A stretch of 64,000 bases of DNA from an uncultured Pelagibacteraceae bacterium. GTDB taxonomy: Bacteria > Pseudomonadota > Alphaproteobacteria > Pelagibacterales > Pelagibacteraceae. Each line of letters opens with the position of its first letter. Positions within the stretch are counted from its first letter, which is position 1. The DNA lies in NCBI GenBank assembly GCA_902529715.1, contig CABZXL010000001.1, forward strand, positions 1,162 through 65,161, read 5' to 3'. The notes under the pieces were generated by a model. That model worked only from the letters and a program-made list of their open reading frames with translations. It was not told the DNA's origin and did no database searches. A program made the translations under genes and the position numbers. Below are positions 16,661 through 26,115 of the stretch, piece after piece.

Positions 16661-17352
16661 TTAGAAAGTAATTTAATTATTTTTTTTACACTTTTAGATT
16701 TAGAACTTGCTTTGTTAACTAGCATGCATGCTTCGGATTTTAATATCTCACCATCTTTTAATATCCTTAGTTTATTAGCTTTTAATGTAGTTCCTGAGCT
16801 AGTTATGTCAGATATTACTTCAGCAGTACCAGTATAAGGTGCCACCTCTGTACTTCCCAAACTTTGCACTAATTGAAATTGGGTTACACCTTTAGAATAA
16901 AGAAATTGTCTTGTTAGATTTGGGTATTTTGTTGCAATTCGTAATAATCTTTTTTTCTTTTTTTTAAATTCATCAGCAACTTCATCAAGATCTAGCAATG
17001 TTTGAACATCAATCCAAAGATCAGGTATTGCTAAGACTAGGTTGGCTTTTCCATAGTTTAGTTTTTTATTAATTAGAATATTCTTTTGAATATTTATTTC
17101 ACTTTCCTTTAAAAGATCCAAACCACTAAAACATATATCTATATTATTTAAAGATAATTGATCTATGCATTCTCTTGCATGTAAGTAAATAATTTTAATT
17201 TCAGGATAATTTTTAGGTGGGTTAATAATTTTTCCAATAAGATTTCTTTCATCTTTGGAAAAAAATAATCTTCTTTTATTGAAAACTAATATCGTATCTT
17301 GTTTCAATCTTCCCTTTGAAGGAATTCCTATATTGACAGTATTATTATTCAT
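16657..17352 (-). CDS. hisG: ATP phosphoribosyltransferase (short form)
   Basis: GIPSKGRL, RIATKYPNL, GSTEVAP, DITSSGTTLKANKL. Confidence 0.96.
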   Translation of the reverse strand: MNNNTVNIGIPSKGRLKQDTILVFNKRRLFFSKDERNLIGKIINPPKNYPEIKIIYLHARECIDQLSLNNIDICFSGLDLLKESEINIQKNILINKKLNYGKANLVLAIPDLWIDVQTLLDLDEVADEFKKKKKRLLRIATKYPNLTRQFLYSKGVTQFQLVQSLGSTEVAPYTGTAEVISDITSSGTTLKANKLRILKDGEILKSEACMLVNKASSKSKSVKKIIKLLSN

Positions 17353-18400
17353 ATAAATCCATATTTACAGCTGCTCCTACAGCTGAAACTTTTTTGAACC
17401 CTAAATTACTTGTTAACTCGTCATATCTTCCACCAGATATAAAGTTTTTAAATTTAGATTTAATTTTTACATCAATAGAAAAAATCATTGAGCTGTAAAA
17501 CTCAACTTCACGACCATTAGCTGCTGAAAATTCTACTTTTAAGTTTTTATTATTATTTTTATTTAATGGAAAAAAACCCTCACCAACAATTATATTAATT
17601 TTATTTTTTTTAAAAAATTTATTTAAAACTTTTGGAGCTTCTTTCAATGGACACCTTATTTTTAGAAATTGCTTAATGATATTTGTATTCTTTTTTCCTG
17701 TTGATGAACTTCTTGGATCTTCAATCTTCATATTAAATCTATCCAAAACTTCTTTGAAAGTTCTTCCAGCAACTATTTTATTCTGATTTTCTTTTCTCAT
17801 TTTTTGATACCTAGATTTATCTGTGTCAACAAATACTGGGTCAATATCTGAATTAGTTTCTAATCTTTTTAATAATTCATTAAAATAACTTTCATTCCAA
17901 TAATATCTTTTCAATCTATTTTTCCATCTTTTCGGAATATCTAATTTATTAATTAACAAATTAAATAATTCAACATTACCTATTTTTAAAACTGACTTTT
18001 TAAAACCACTATCTTTCAAAATTTTTAACGATGTCTCTATAATTTCTTTATCATCCTCTTGTTGATTTTTAGATCCTAAAATTTCATATCCAATTTGGTT
18101 TTTAATAATGCTATCTTTTTTTTGATATGTTTTTCTAAATGCTTCACCGTTATAATAAATTTTTTCTTTTCTATATTTTTTATTTTGAATAAATCTTAAG
18201 GCCGAAGAAATCGTAAGGTCTGGCCTTAAACAAAGTTCTTTTCCATTTGAATCATAAAATGAAAATAAGAATCTCTTTAAATTTTCTCCAGATCTTTGAA
18301 GAATATATTTAGTCTCGATAACTGGATCTAAAGTTATATTGTTAAAACCCTTAGACTTAATAGATTTAAGGATTTTATTAGATAATTTTTTTGATTTCAT
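17345..18400 (-). CDS. hisZ: ATP phosphoribosyltransferase regulatory subunit
   Basis: LCLRPDLT, QIGYE, SGGRYD; between hisS and hisG. Confidence 0.92.
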   Translation of the reverse strand: MKSKKLSNKILKSIKSKGFNNITLDPVIETKYILQRSGENLKRFLFSFYDSNGKELCLRPDLTISSALRFIQNKKYRKEKIYYNGEAFRKTYQKKDSIIKNQIGYEILGSKNQQEDDKEIIETSLKILKDSGFKKSVLKIGNVELFNLLINKLDIPKRWKNRLKRYYWNESYFNELLKRLETNSDIDPVFVDTDKSRYQKMRKENQNKIVAGRTFKEVLDRFNMKIEDPRSSSTGKKNTNIIKQFLKIRCPLKEAPKVLNKFFKKNKINIIVGEGFFPLNKNNNKNLKVEFSAANGREVEFYSSMIFSIDVKIKSKFKNFISGGRYDELTSNLGFKKVSAVGAAVNMDLYE

Positions 18401-19712
18401 CGACTAAGTTTTTAATTTTTACTGATAATTCATCACCAGTTTTAAGATTTCTTAATTTCACCTCAGAGTTCTTTATTTCATCATCACCATAAAAAATTAC
18501 ACATGGAGACTCTATTTTATTTGCATACTCCATTTGTTTTTTTAATTTACCTTCACCAGGATAAATTTCTGAGTTGATATTCGAAGCTCTAATTTTTTTT
18601 AGAATATCAATATATTCCCTCATATTTTTTTTATCAAAAACACATATTACTACTGGTTTAATAGTTTTAATTTTGAAATCCTTTTTTTGCATTAAAGCAT
18701 AGACAAATCTATCAATACCAATTGATATTCCTGTAGCTGGGCAATCAAAGTTTCCAAAATTACTTACAAGATTATCGTAACGGCCACCTCCACCTATTGA
18801 TCCAAATTGAATAGCTTTTCCTTTAGAATTTTTAACATCAAAATTAAGGTCAATTTCAAATATAGGCCCAGTATAATATTCAAGCCCTCTTACAAGAGAA
18901 GGATCAAACTCAAAATTAGTAAAATTATATGCTTCAAAAATTTTTATTACTTCTAATACGTCTTCACTTTCAGGTTTAATCTCTTTTATTTTTTTTTCCA
19001 AATAGTTTATCTGGCTATCATCTAAATTGGCACCTTTAGTAAAATCACCAGACTTATCTGTTCTACCTTTTCCTAGAAGTTTTTTTACCTCTTCCCATCC
19101 AAGTCTTTTCACTTTGTCTAAAGAACGTATTGTCATTGAAATTTGTTCCTCAGAATTTATTTTTAATTTTTCGAATATTTCACTGGTATAATTTCGTGAA
19201 GAAATCTTAACTGTATAATCCTTTTTTTCTAAACCACATTTTTCTAATATTTCTGATATCAACACACAAAGTTCAGCATCAGCTTGTAGATTTTTTGTAC
19301 CTACATAATCAGCATCAAACTGAAGGAATTCTCTATATCTGCCAGGTCCTGGCTTTTCATTCCTCCAAACTATACCTAATTGATAACGCTTAAAAGGTTT
19401 AGGTATTTCATTAAAATTTTTTGCAACATATCTTGCTAATGGAGCAGTAAGATCATATCTTAGAGACATCCATTTACTTTCATCTTCAAATGAAAAAACT
19501 CCCTCACCAGGTCTTTCTTTATCAGGCAAAAATTTACCGATACTTTCCGTATACTCAAAACTAGGTGTTTCGAGATACTGAAATCCATACTTGATCATTA
19601 CCTCTTTAATATTAGAAATTACGAAATCTCTAATTAAAAGTTCTTTTTCTTGTCTATCTTGAAAACCTGAAGGTAATTCCTTAGAAGGTTTTATTTTTTT
19701 TTCTTTTACCAT
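18378..19712 (-). CDS. hisS: Histidine-tRNA ligase
   Basis: LRYDLTAPLAR, GRYREFLQFDAD, LVRGLEYYTG, GGGRYD; start placed at ATG 19712 because the track start overlaps tRNA-His. Confidence 0.96.
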   Translation of the reverse strand: MVKEKKIKPSKELPSGFQDRQEKELLIRDFVISNIKEVMIKYGFQYLETPSFEYTESIGKFLPDKERPGEGVFSFEDESKWMSLRYDLTAPLARYVAKNFNEIPKPFKRYQLGIVWRNEKPGPGRYREFLQFDADYVGTKNLQADAELCVLISEILEKCGLEKKDYTVKISSRNYTSEIFEKLKINSEEQISMTIRSLDKVKRLGWEEVKKLLGKGRTDKSGDFTKGANLDDSQINYLEKKIKEIKPESEDVLEVIKIFEAYNFTNFEFDPSLVRGLEYYTGPIFEIDLNFDVKNSKGKAIQFGSIGGGGRYDNLVSNFGNFDCPATGISIGIDRFVYALMQKKDFKIKTIKPVVICVFDKKNMREYIDILKKIRASNINSEIYPGEGKLKKQMEYANKIESPCVIFYGDDEIKNSEVKLRNLKTGDELSVKIKNLVDEIKKII

Positions 19713-19716
19713 TTTT

Positions 19717-19793
19717 TGGTACACGAGGGCAGATTCGAACTGCCGACCTTCGGTTCCACAAACCGCTGCTCTAACCAGCTGAGCTACTCGTGC
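19717..19793 (-). tRNA. tRNA-His(GUG), lacking G-1, with A73
   Basis: GCACGAG...TTGTGGA...GTTCGAATC...CTCGTGTACCA. Confidence 0.95.
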
Positions 19794-19844
19794 TCCTGTT
19801 ATTCTTTTATACTAAATGTGGATAAAATTAAATTTATAATATGA

Positions 19845-19919
19845 TTAAATTGCTAGCGTGCAGCCAGCATGAAAATGATGTCTGTGTGTTAAACTAAGTG
19901 TTTTAATTTTTTTAATCAT
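19845..19919 (-). CDS. Candidate histidine leader peptide (24 aa)
   Basis: MIKKIKTLSLTHRHHFHAGCTLAI*: 4 His in 6 codons, just upstream of tRNA-His-hisS-hisZ-hisG. Confidence 0.65.
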   Translation of the reverse strand: MIKKIKTLSLTHRHHFHAGCTLAI

Positions 19920-19959
19920 TGCAGGTTTAATAACATCTAAGAATATAAATGCAAGGAAG

Positions 19960-20009
19960 AATTGCATAGGAATAGCTTAGATTAAAACTAAGAATACTCC
20001 TATACAATT
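19960..20009 (-). terminator. Long hairpin 3' of the cold-shock gene (terminator/stability element)
   Basis: AATTGTATAGGAGTATTCTTAG-loop-CTAAGCTATTCCTATGCAATT followed by a pyrimidine-rich tract. Confidence 0.55.
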
Positions 20010-20023
20010 TATTTGAATTAGAA

Positions 20024-20233
20024 TTAAGAGGTTTTTTGCAGCTTAACTGCTGAAGGACCTTTATCTCCGTCTTCAACTTCAAATGTAAGTTCGTCACCCT
20101 CGTTTAAAAATCTTAAACCAGCTTCTCTTACAGCTGAAGCATGTACGAATACATCTTTTTCTTTATCTTCACGTTCAATGAAACCATAACCTTTTTTGCC
20201 ATTGAACCATTTTACTTTACCTTTTAGACTCAT
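20024..20233 (-). CDS. cspA: Cold-shock protein (CspA family)
   Basis: GKVKWFN..KGYGFI, DVFVH (RNP1/RNP2). Confidence 0.95.
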   Translation of the reverse strand: MSLKGKVKWFNGKKGYGFIEREDKEKDVFVHASAVREAGLRFLNEGDELTFEVEDGDKGPSAVKLQKTS

Positions 20234-20347
20234 ATTACTCTTTCTTTTGTTGTTATTAACTTAAGCTAAAATTTAGCTTGGACACTAGTTATTAGATTTT
20301 AAAATTTAATGCAAGAATATTATTTAATGTAATTTTTATAATTTTAA

Positions 20348-20422
20348 GGTGGGTCCCCCTGGAATCGAACCAGGACCTAACGCTTTTCAGGCGTTTGTGC
20401 CGACCACATACACCAGAGACCC
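20348..20422 (-). tRNA. tRNA-Phe(GAA)
   Basis: GGGTCTC...AACGC CTGAAAA GCGTT...GGTTCGATTCC...GGGACCC ACC (final A of CCA not encoded). Confidence 0.9.
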
Positions 20423-20427
20423 ATTTA

Positions 20428-20643
20428 TTAAAATCTAAAAATAATTCGCCCTTTTGTTAGATCATAAGGAGTAACTTCTACTGTAACATTGTCTCCTTGC
20501 AATACACGAATTCTATTTTTTCTTAATTTTCCAGCTGTGTGTGCGGTAATTATATGGTTATTTTCTAATTGAACACGGAACATAGCATTAGGAAGTAAGT
20601 CAATAACTTTTCCTTTGAATTCAAGTGTATCTTGCTTTGCCAA
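20428..20643 (-). CDS. infA: Translation initiation factor IF-1
   Basis: [32 protein letters not shown]. Confidence 0.97.
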   Translation of the reverse strand: MAKQDTLEFKGKVIDLLPNAMFRVQLENNHIITAHTAGKLRKNRIRVLQGDNVTVEVTPYDLTKGRIIFRF

Positions 20644-20645
20644 AT

Positions 20646-21911
20646 CTAACTTCTCCTTATTCTAGATTTTATACTTTGAGCATGACCAAATAAACCTTCA
20701 TACTCGGCAAGAGTTATAGCTTTCTTGCCAATAACTTCAATGCCTTTTTTTGATAATTTTATATAGCTTGTTTTTTTATAAAATTCATCAACATTTAGTC
20801 CTGAAGAAAATTTCGCCGAACCAAGTGTAGGCAAAACATGGTTTGTTCCCACATTGTAATCTGTGACTGCCATTGCAGAATATTTTCCAATACAAATACT
20901 TCCTACATTATTTATTTTCTTAACTAATTTTTTATAATTTTTTATATTTAACTCTAGATGCTCTGGTGCAATTTCATTAATTGAATTTATCGTCTGTTTA
21001 TCATTATAAGTTCTAATTATTAATCCATTTTTTAAAAGGCTTTTTCTTACTATCATTTTTCTGGGTATTTTGTTTATCTCTTTATTTAAAAATTTTTTCA
21101 ATGATTGAATTATATTTAGATTATTTGTAATCAATATACATTGCGAATTAGCATCGTGTTCAGCTTGACCTATCATAGAAGTAATGACTTCTTTAAAATT
21201 AGTTTTTTTATCTGCTACTATAGTTATTTCACTTGGTCCTGCTATCATTCCTTCAATTCCAACATCTCCAAAAACTTCTCTTTTAGCTCTTGCAACATAA
21301 TCATTTCCTGGACCAACAATTTTATTCACTTTTTGAATATATGCTAAACTTCCAATTGCTTGTGCTCCTCCCATTGAATATATTTCATGAATATTTAATT
21401 TTTTTGCAGCATATAGCATTGCAGAATTAAGTTTTCCATTAAGCTTTGGATTGGCCAATACAATTCTTTTTACATTTGCTAGTTTTGCGGGAATTGCATT
21501 CATTAATAGTGTACTAGGTAAATTAGCGGGTACATATATTCCAACGGATTCGATTGGCGAAAATTTATATTCAATTAAGTTTTTTAAATTGTCTTTAAAT
21601 TTTAAATTTTTTACTTTTTGTTTTTTGTGAAATTTTAATATTCGGTTGTATGCAAAATCTATTGCTTTTTTAACTTTGGGGTCTAATTTTTTAATTGAAT
21701 TTATAATTTCTTTTTTTGATATTTTTATTTCTTTATTTTTACTAAATTTTTTTTCATATTTTAATAATGCTTTTTGTTTATTTTTTTTAACATCTTTAAT
21801 AATTTTACTCACTATGTCAGTATTAACTTTATTTCTCGATCTTCTTTTTTCAAGAAATAGATTTAATCTTGTTAAATATTTTGAATTTTTACAATCTAAT
21901 ATTTTAATCAT
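20646..21911 (-). CDS. hisD: Histidinol dehydrogenase
   Basis: [38 protein letters not shown]. Confidence 0.97.
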   Translation of the reverse strand: MIKILDCKNSKYLTRLNLFLEKRRSRNKVNTDIVSKIIKDVKKNKQKALLKYEKKFSKNKEIKISKKEIINSIKKLDPKVKKAIDFAYNRILKFHKKQKVKNLKFKDNLKNLIEYKFSPIESVGIYVPANLPSTLLMNAIPAKLANVKRIVLANPKLNGKLNSAMLYAAKKLNIHEIYSMGGAQAIGSLAYIQKVNKIVGPGNDYVARAKREVFGDVGIEGMIAGPSEITIVADKKTNFKEVITSMIGQAEHDANSQCILITNNLNIIQSLKKFLNKEINKIPRKMIVRKSLLKNGLIIRTYNDKQTINSINEIAPEHLELNIKNYKKLVKKINNVGSICIGKYSAMAVTDYNVGTNHVLPTLGSAKFSSGLNVDEFYKKTSYIKLSKKGIEVIGKKAITLAEYEGLFGHAQSIKSRIRRS

Positions 21912-22302
21912 TTAATTTGTTTTGATCTTCAAGAGTTACTTCCAAAACTTCTGTCGATAAAGTTATAAATGCATTATTTTGAAATAAAAGTGTTATCTCA
22001 TAGTTTTTTCCAACTTTAAAAAGATCAATTGCCAATAACACTAAAATGCTATTTTTATTGCTTTGATTGATATTTTTTGACCTAACATTGTCGACAAATT
22101 CAAATTTACAGATGCTTTTAATTTTTTCTTTTTTATCTTTTTCCTTATTTAATCTTTCAATTAAAAGTAAAAAAATTTTATTTTTTTTAAGAAATTTAAT
22201 ATCTTCTATTTTTGTTTTCGCTTCAGAACAGCAGGCAGAGATTACTTGAAGTCCACTTGAATCCTTTGCTATAATTTTTGCAAGATATTTTTTTTCACTC
22301 AT
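21904..22302 (-). CDS. DUF2948-family protein
   Basis: LQVISAC, LLAI, LEVTLED; murA-hisD position. Confidence 0.7.
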   Translation of the reverse strand: MSEKKYLAKIIAKDSSGLQVISACCSEAKTKIEDIKFLKKNKIFLLLIERLNKEKDKKEKIKSICKFEFVDNVRSKNINQSNKNSILVLLAIDLFKVGKNYEITLLFQNNAFITLSTEVLEVTLEDQNKLND

Positions 22303-23562
22303 TTAGAAAACTCTTCTAATCTTTGCTCCTACTTTTCTTAATTTTTTTTCTATTTGCTCATACCCTCTATCTAAATGATATATTCTGTTTATTGTTGTTT
22401 TGCCTTTGGCGGTTAATGCGGCGAGAATTAATGAAACTGATGCTCTTAAATCTGTTGCCATTAACTCAGCAGCTTTAAAATTTGTATTGCCTTCTATGAA
22501 AGCTTTGTTTCCTTTTGTTCTTATTTTGGCTCCCATTCGATTTAATTCTGCCACGTGCATAAATCTATTTTCAAATATCTCTTCACTAATTACAGAATGT
22601 TTTTTACCTTTACAAAGTAATACCATTAATTGAGCCTGAAGATCAGTTGGAAACCCAGGATAAGGCGAAGTTTTTAAGTTAATACTTTTTATATCTTTGG
22701 TTCCTATAATTTTAATTTGATTTTTCTGAAATTTTATTTTTGCTCCTATTTTTTTTAATATATCTATTTCTGTCCTTATAATATTTGGATTTATACCTGA
22801 TACTTTTAAATTGCCCTCTGTAACTGCTGCGGCAATCAAATAGGTACCTGCTTCAATTCTATCTGGCATAATTGTAAATTCTGCTTCCTTAAAATTACTT
22901 ACTCCTCGAATTTTTAAAGTTCTTTTTCCAATCCATTTTATTCTTCCTCCGATACAATTGATAAAATTAATTAGATCTTTAATTTCAGGTTCAATAGCAC
23001 AATTTGATAGAATAGTAGTTCCTTTAGCCATTGATGAGGCAATAATTAAATTTTCTGTTGCACCTACAGATATTTTTGAAAATTTAATTTTAGTCCCTTT
23101 AAGTTTTTTTTTTGAATTAGCATAAACATATCCATCAACTATTTTATAGTTCACTCCTAGTTTTGCTAAAGCCTTTAAGTGAATATCTATTGGTCTAACT
23201 CCAATACTACAGCCACCAGGAGTAGAAACTTTTGCATTTCCATATCTTGCTAACATTGGACCTAAAACTAAAATACCTGCTCTCATAGTTTTAACTAAAT
23301 TGTATGATGCAAAAGTTTTTATTCTGTTTTTATTTTGTATTTCAATTAAATTTTTTTTTTTTGAATATTTAATAATTGACCCAATAGATTCTAATAATTT
23401 TATCATTGTTTCAATGTCTTTTACATTTGGAAGATTTTTTAGAGTAATTTTTTTGTCTGACAAAATAGTTGCTGCTAAGATTGGTAGTGCAGCATTCTTT
23501 GAACCAGAAATGCTGACATTTCCCTTAAGCCTTTTTTCTCCAAAGACCTCTAACTTATCCAT
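22303..23562 (-). CDS. murA: UDP-N-acetylglucosamine 1-carboxyvinyltransferase
   Basis: SGSKNAALP, PGGCSIGVRPIDIH, PGFPTDLQ, TDLRAS, HLDRGYE. Confidence 0.97.
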   Translation of the reverse strand: MDKLEVFGEKRLKGNVSISGSKNAALPILAATILSDKKITLKNLPNVKDIETMIKLLESIGSIIKYSKKKNLIEIQNKNRIKTFASYNLVKTMRAGILVLGPMLARYGNAKVSTPGGCSIGVRPIDIHLKALAKLGVNYKIVDGYVYANSKKKLKGTKIKFSKISVGATENLIIASSMAKGTTILSNCAIEPEIKDLINFINCIGGRIKWIGKRTLKIRGVSNFKEAEFTIMPDRIEAGTYLIAAAVTEGNLKVSGINPNIIRTEIDILKKIGAKIKFQKNQIKIIGTKDIKSINLKTSPYPGFPTDLQAQLMVLLCKGKKHSVISEEIFENRFMHVAELNRMGAKIRTKGNKAFIEGNTNFKAAELMATDLRASVSLILAALTAKGKTTINRIYHLDRGYEQIEKKLRKVGAKIRRVF

Positions 23563-23564
23563 TG

Positions 23565-24119
23565 CTAAACTTTAGGTAGTGTTACACCAGTTTGACCCAT
23601 ATATTTTCCTTTTCTATCGGCATAAGTCACTTCTGGAACTTCATTTCCTTTTAAAAATATAAATTGAGCAACTCCTTCGTTTGCATATATTTTCGCTGGA
23701 AGTGGAGTTGTGTTAGAAAATTCAAGAGTAACATGACCTTCCCATCCTGGTTCTAAAGGTGTTACATTTACAATTATTCCACATCTGGCATATGTAGATT
23801 TTCCCAAACAAATAACTAAAACATCTTTTGGAATTTTAAAATATTCTATGGTACTGGCAAGAGCAAATGAGTTTGGTGGAATAATACATTCTGAAGAATT
23901 TTTTGTTATAAAATTAGTTGGTTTAAAATTTTTAGGATCAACAATTTCAGAATTAACATTAGTAAAAATTTTAAATTCACTAGATACTCTTGCATCGTAT
24001 CCATATGAAGAAACTCCATAAGATATTTTATTACCTCTTATCTGCTCTTCTTCAAAAGGAGATATCATTCCATGTTCCTTGGCCATTTTTTTAATCCACT
24101 TATCAGATTGGATAGACAT
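23565..24119 (-). CDS. dcd: dCTP deaminase
   Basis: [24 protein letters not shown]. Confidence 0.96.
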   Translation of the reverse strand: MSIQSDKWIKKMAKEHGMISPFEEEQIRGNKISYGVSSYGYDARVSSEFKIFTNVNSEIVDPKNFKPTNFITKNSSECIIPPNSFALASTIEYFKIPKDVLVICLGKSTYARCGIIVNVTPLEPGWEGHVTLEFSNTTPLPAKIYANEGVAQFIFLKGNEVPEVTYADRKGKYMGQTGVTLPKV

Positions 24120-24221
24120 TTATTTACTTTTATTTTTTTGTTTTTTTTGAAAAAGTTTTCTTTTTTTTAAATTTTTCTTTAGTGCAATTTCTAATTTACT
24201 AATCTTATCTTTTTTATTCAT
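24120..24221 (-). CDS. Small basic protein (33 aa, not in ORF track)
   Basis: MNKKDKISKLEIALKKNLKKRKLFQKKQKNKSK*; abuts both neighbours with 0-nt gaps. Confidence 0.65.
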   Translation of the reverse strand: MNKKDKISKLEIALKKNLKKRKLFQKKQKNKSK

Positions 24222-24422
24222 TTATTTTTTATCTGGATTAGTAAGGTGGTCCAGTGTAATAACTTGATCTAAAGGAATTGTTTTATCTACTTCTTTGTCT
24301 TTTTCAGTGCCGGCTTTGGCTTGTCTCTTGGCTCTTTTTTCTGCTAATTTTTTCTCCCTCTTCGCTTGCTTCTCCATAGCTTTTGCTCCTCGAGTACTCT
24401 TATAATCGTAATGAATTCCCAT
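24222..24422 (-). CDS. Small hypothetical protein (66 aa)
   Basis: ORF track; GGAAA upstream; abuts the next ORF. Confidence 0.7.
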   Translation of the reverse strand: MGIHYDYKSTRGAKAMEKQAKREKKLAEKRAKRQAKAGTEKDKEVDKTIPLDQVITLDHLTNPDKK

Positions 24423-24514
24423 AACATTTCCTAACTATGATATAGCCTGTTTTTTAACAAAAAAAAATGGCAATAATTTGAAAATTTTTATTTTATACAC
24501 TAAGCTTTGATTAA

Positions 24515-24588
24515 GCCCCTATAGTTAAATGGCATAACGTGACCATGGTAAGGTTAAATTTCAAGTTCGATTCTTGGTGGGGGCACCA
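24515..24588 (+). tRNA. tRNA-Thr(GGU)
   Basis: GCCCCTA...TGACC ATGGTAA GGTTA...AGTTCGATTCT...TGGGGGCACCA. Confidence 0.92.
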
Positions 24589-24593
24589 CAAAA

Positions 24594-25313
24594 TTATTTT
24601 TTATAAAAAATTTTCCTCAGTATATAAGCCAATATAATAAAAATAATAAAAGCTATTATTGGAATATATATTTCTTTTGAAGTTAAAAGTGTAAAAAAAC
24701 TTGGCATATCCTGATTTGTTTTTATTATTTTTTCGATTCCTGATCCAAGACTTGCACCAATAAAAAGTTGAGGGGTCATCCCAATTATTGATCCAAAAAA
24801 GAAATTTTTAATCTTTACATTAAACAAAGTTGGCAAAATATTAGATAAGAAAAATGGAATACCTCCTACAAATCTATAAATTAAAAAAAATAAGAATTCA
24901 TTTTTTTTAAATTTCTCATTTAGAACATAAAATTTTTTTGAAAATTTTTCTCTTATTAAATCTTTAAAAAAATAATTTGCCAAAATGTATAATAATGTTG
25001 CCCCAAGTGATAAACCAAAAACAACTAATAGTGTTCCTATCCATTTTCCAAAAATGAATCCACCTACTAAAAAAATTGGAGTACCAAATCCCAAAAGCAG
25101 GACCCATATAATTGTAAAAACTAAAAAAATAACTGAGGCAAAAAATAAATTGCTTTCTTTCGCTGATATTAAATATTGACTATTTCTTTTAATAAAATCA
25201 TAACTTGATAGCTCATCTAATGTAAATTGATTAAAAATTATCCCTAAAAATAATATAATTATTAATAAATATATAAGTCCTAAAAATATTTTAATTTTTT
25301 TATCTTTTTCCAT
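24594..25313 (-). CDS. TVP38/TMEM64 (VTT/DedA) membrane protein
   Basis: GGFIFG..GT, GATLLY, YRFVGGIPF..SN, GSIIGMTP. Confidence 0.85.
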   Translation of the reverse strand: MEKDKKIKIFLGLIYLLIIILFLGIIFNQFTLDELSSYDFIKRNSQYLISAKESNLFFASVIFLVFTIIWVLLLGFGTPIFLVGGFIFGKWIGTLLVVFGLSLGATLLYILANYFFKDLIREKFSKKFYVLNEKFKKNEFLFFLIYRFVGGIPFFLSNILPTLFNVKIKNFFFGSIIGMTPQLFIGASLGSGIEKIIKTNQDMPSFFTLLTSKEIYIPIIAFIIFIILAYILRKIFYKK

Positions 25314-25397
25314 ATATTTATGTTCTAAAATTAACTGTACTTTATTACACTTATTTCTTATAACTACCGAAATTTTAATACATATTTTTTAGTTATT

Positions 25398-25532
25398 ATG
25401 AAAAGAACATATCAACCAAGTAGATTAGTAAGAAAAAGAAGGCATGGCTTCAGATCTAAAATGAGGACTAAGGGGGGTAAAAAGCTGTTATCTAGAAGAA
25501 GAGCAAAAGGAAGAAAAAAACTTACCGTTTAA
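25398..25532 (+). CDS. rpmH: 50S ribosomal protein L34 (not in ORF track)
   Basis: [44 protein letters not shown]. Confidence 0.98.
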   Translation: MKRTYQPSRLVRKRRHGFRSKMRTKGGKKLLSRRRAKGRKKLTV

Positions 25533-25873
25533 TGAGTATCAGATTATTGAGTCTTTCAAAGAATCAAGATTTTAAGTCATTGCTAGCAGGTAAAAAAGTA
25601 TCTAATAAATATCTTACTATTTTCTTCAAAAATCTTTCTAATAAAAGTAATAAGTATTTAAATATAAGTTTTGTTACACAAAAAAAAATAGGTAATGCAG
25701 TTAAAAGAAATAAAGTAAAAAGAAGACTAAGAAATATAATGAGTCAAATTATAAAAATATCAAAAATAAATTTTAATTATTCTTATTTATTTATTACAAA
25801 AAAATCAATTATAAATGCAAAATTTATTGATATTAAAGAAACTATAATAAAAGATTATAAAAAAATTAAATAA
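25532..25873 (+). CDS. rnpA: Ribonuclease P protein component
   Basis: KKIGNAVKRNKVKRRLR. Confidence 0.95.
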   Translation: MSIRLLSLSKNQDFKSLLAGKKVSNKYLTIFFKNLSNKSNKYLNISFVTQKKIGNAVKRNKVKRRLRNIMSQIIKISKINFNYSYLFITKKSIINAKFIDIKETIIKDYKKIK

Positions 25874-26115
25874 TGAATATTTTTTCAAAGATTATTATTA
25901 AAATTATAAAATTTTACCAATATGTTTTGTCACCATACCTTGGAAATAACTGCAGATATCTTCCTACATGTTCTGAGTACTTTATAGAAAGTATTGAAGA
26001 ATTTGGACTTTTAAAGGGTAGTTTTTTAGGCTTAAAAAGAATCTTATCGTGCCATCCAATTAAAGTATTAGGTGGTGGTGAGGGATTTGACCCAATAAAG
26101 AAGAAAAGAAATTAA
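25873..26115 (+). CDS. yidD: Membrane protein insertion efficiency factor
   Basis: CRYLPTCSEY, RILSCHP, GGEGFDP. Confidence 0.95.
   Translation: MNIFSKIIIKIIKFYQYVLSPYLGNNCRYLPTCSEYFIESIEEFGLLKGSFLGLKRILSCHPIKVLGGGEGFDPIKKKRN

Noticed and set aside
19713-19724. Track start of hisS at 19724
   Set aside because: It lies within tRNA-His; ATG 19712 is preferred.
6617-19825. Four perfect DnaA boxes (TTATCCACA at 6617, 8289, 11347; reverse at 19817)
   Set aside because: They are scattered over 13 kb and two lie inside coding sequence; they are not clustered like an oriC, and some are expected by chance in AT-rich DNA.
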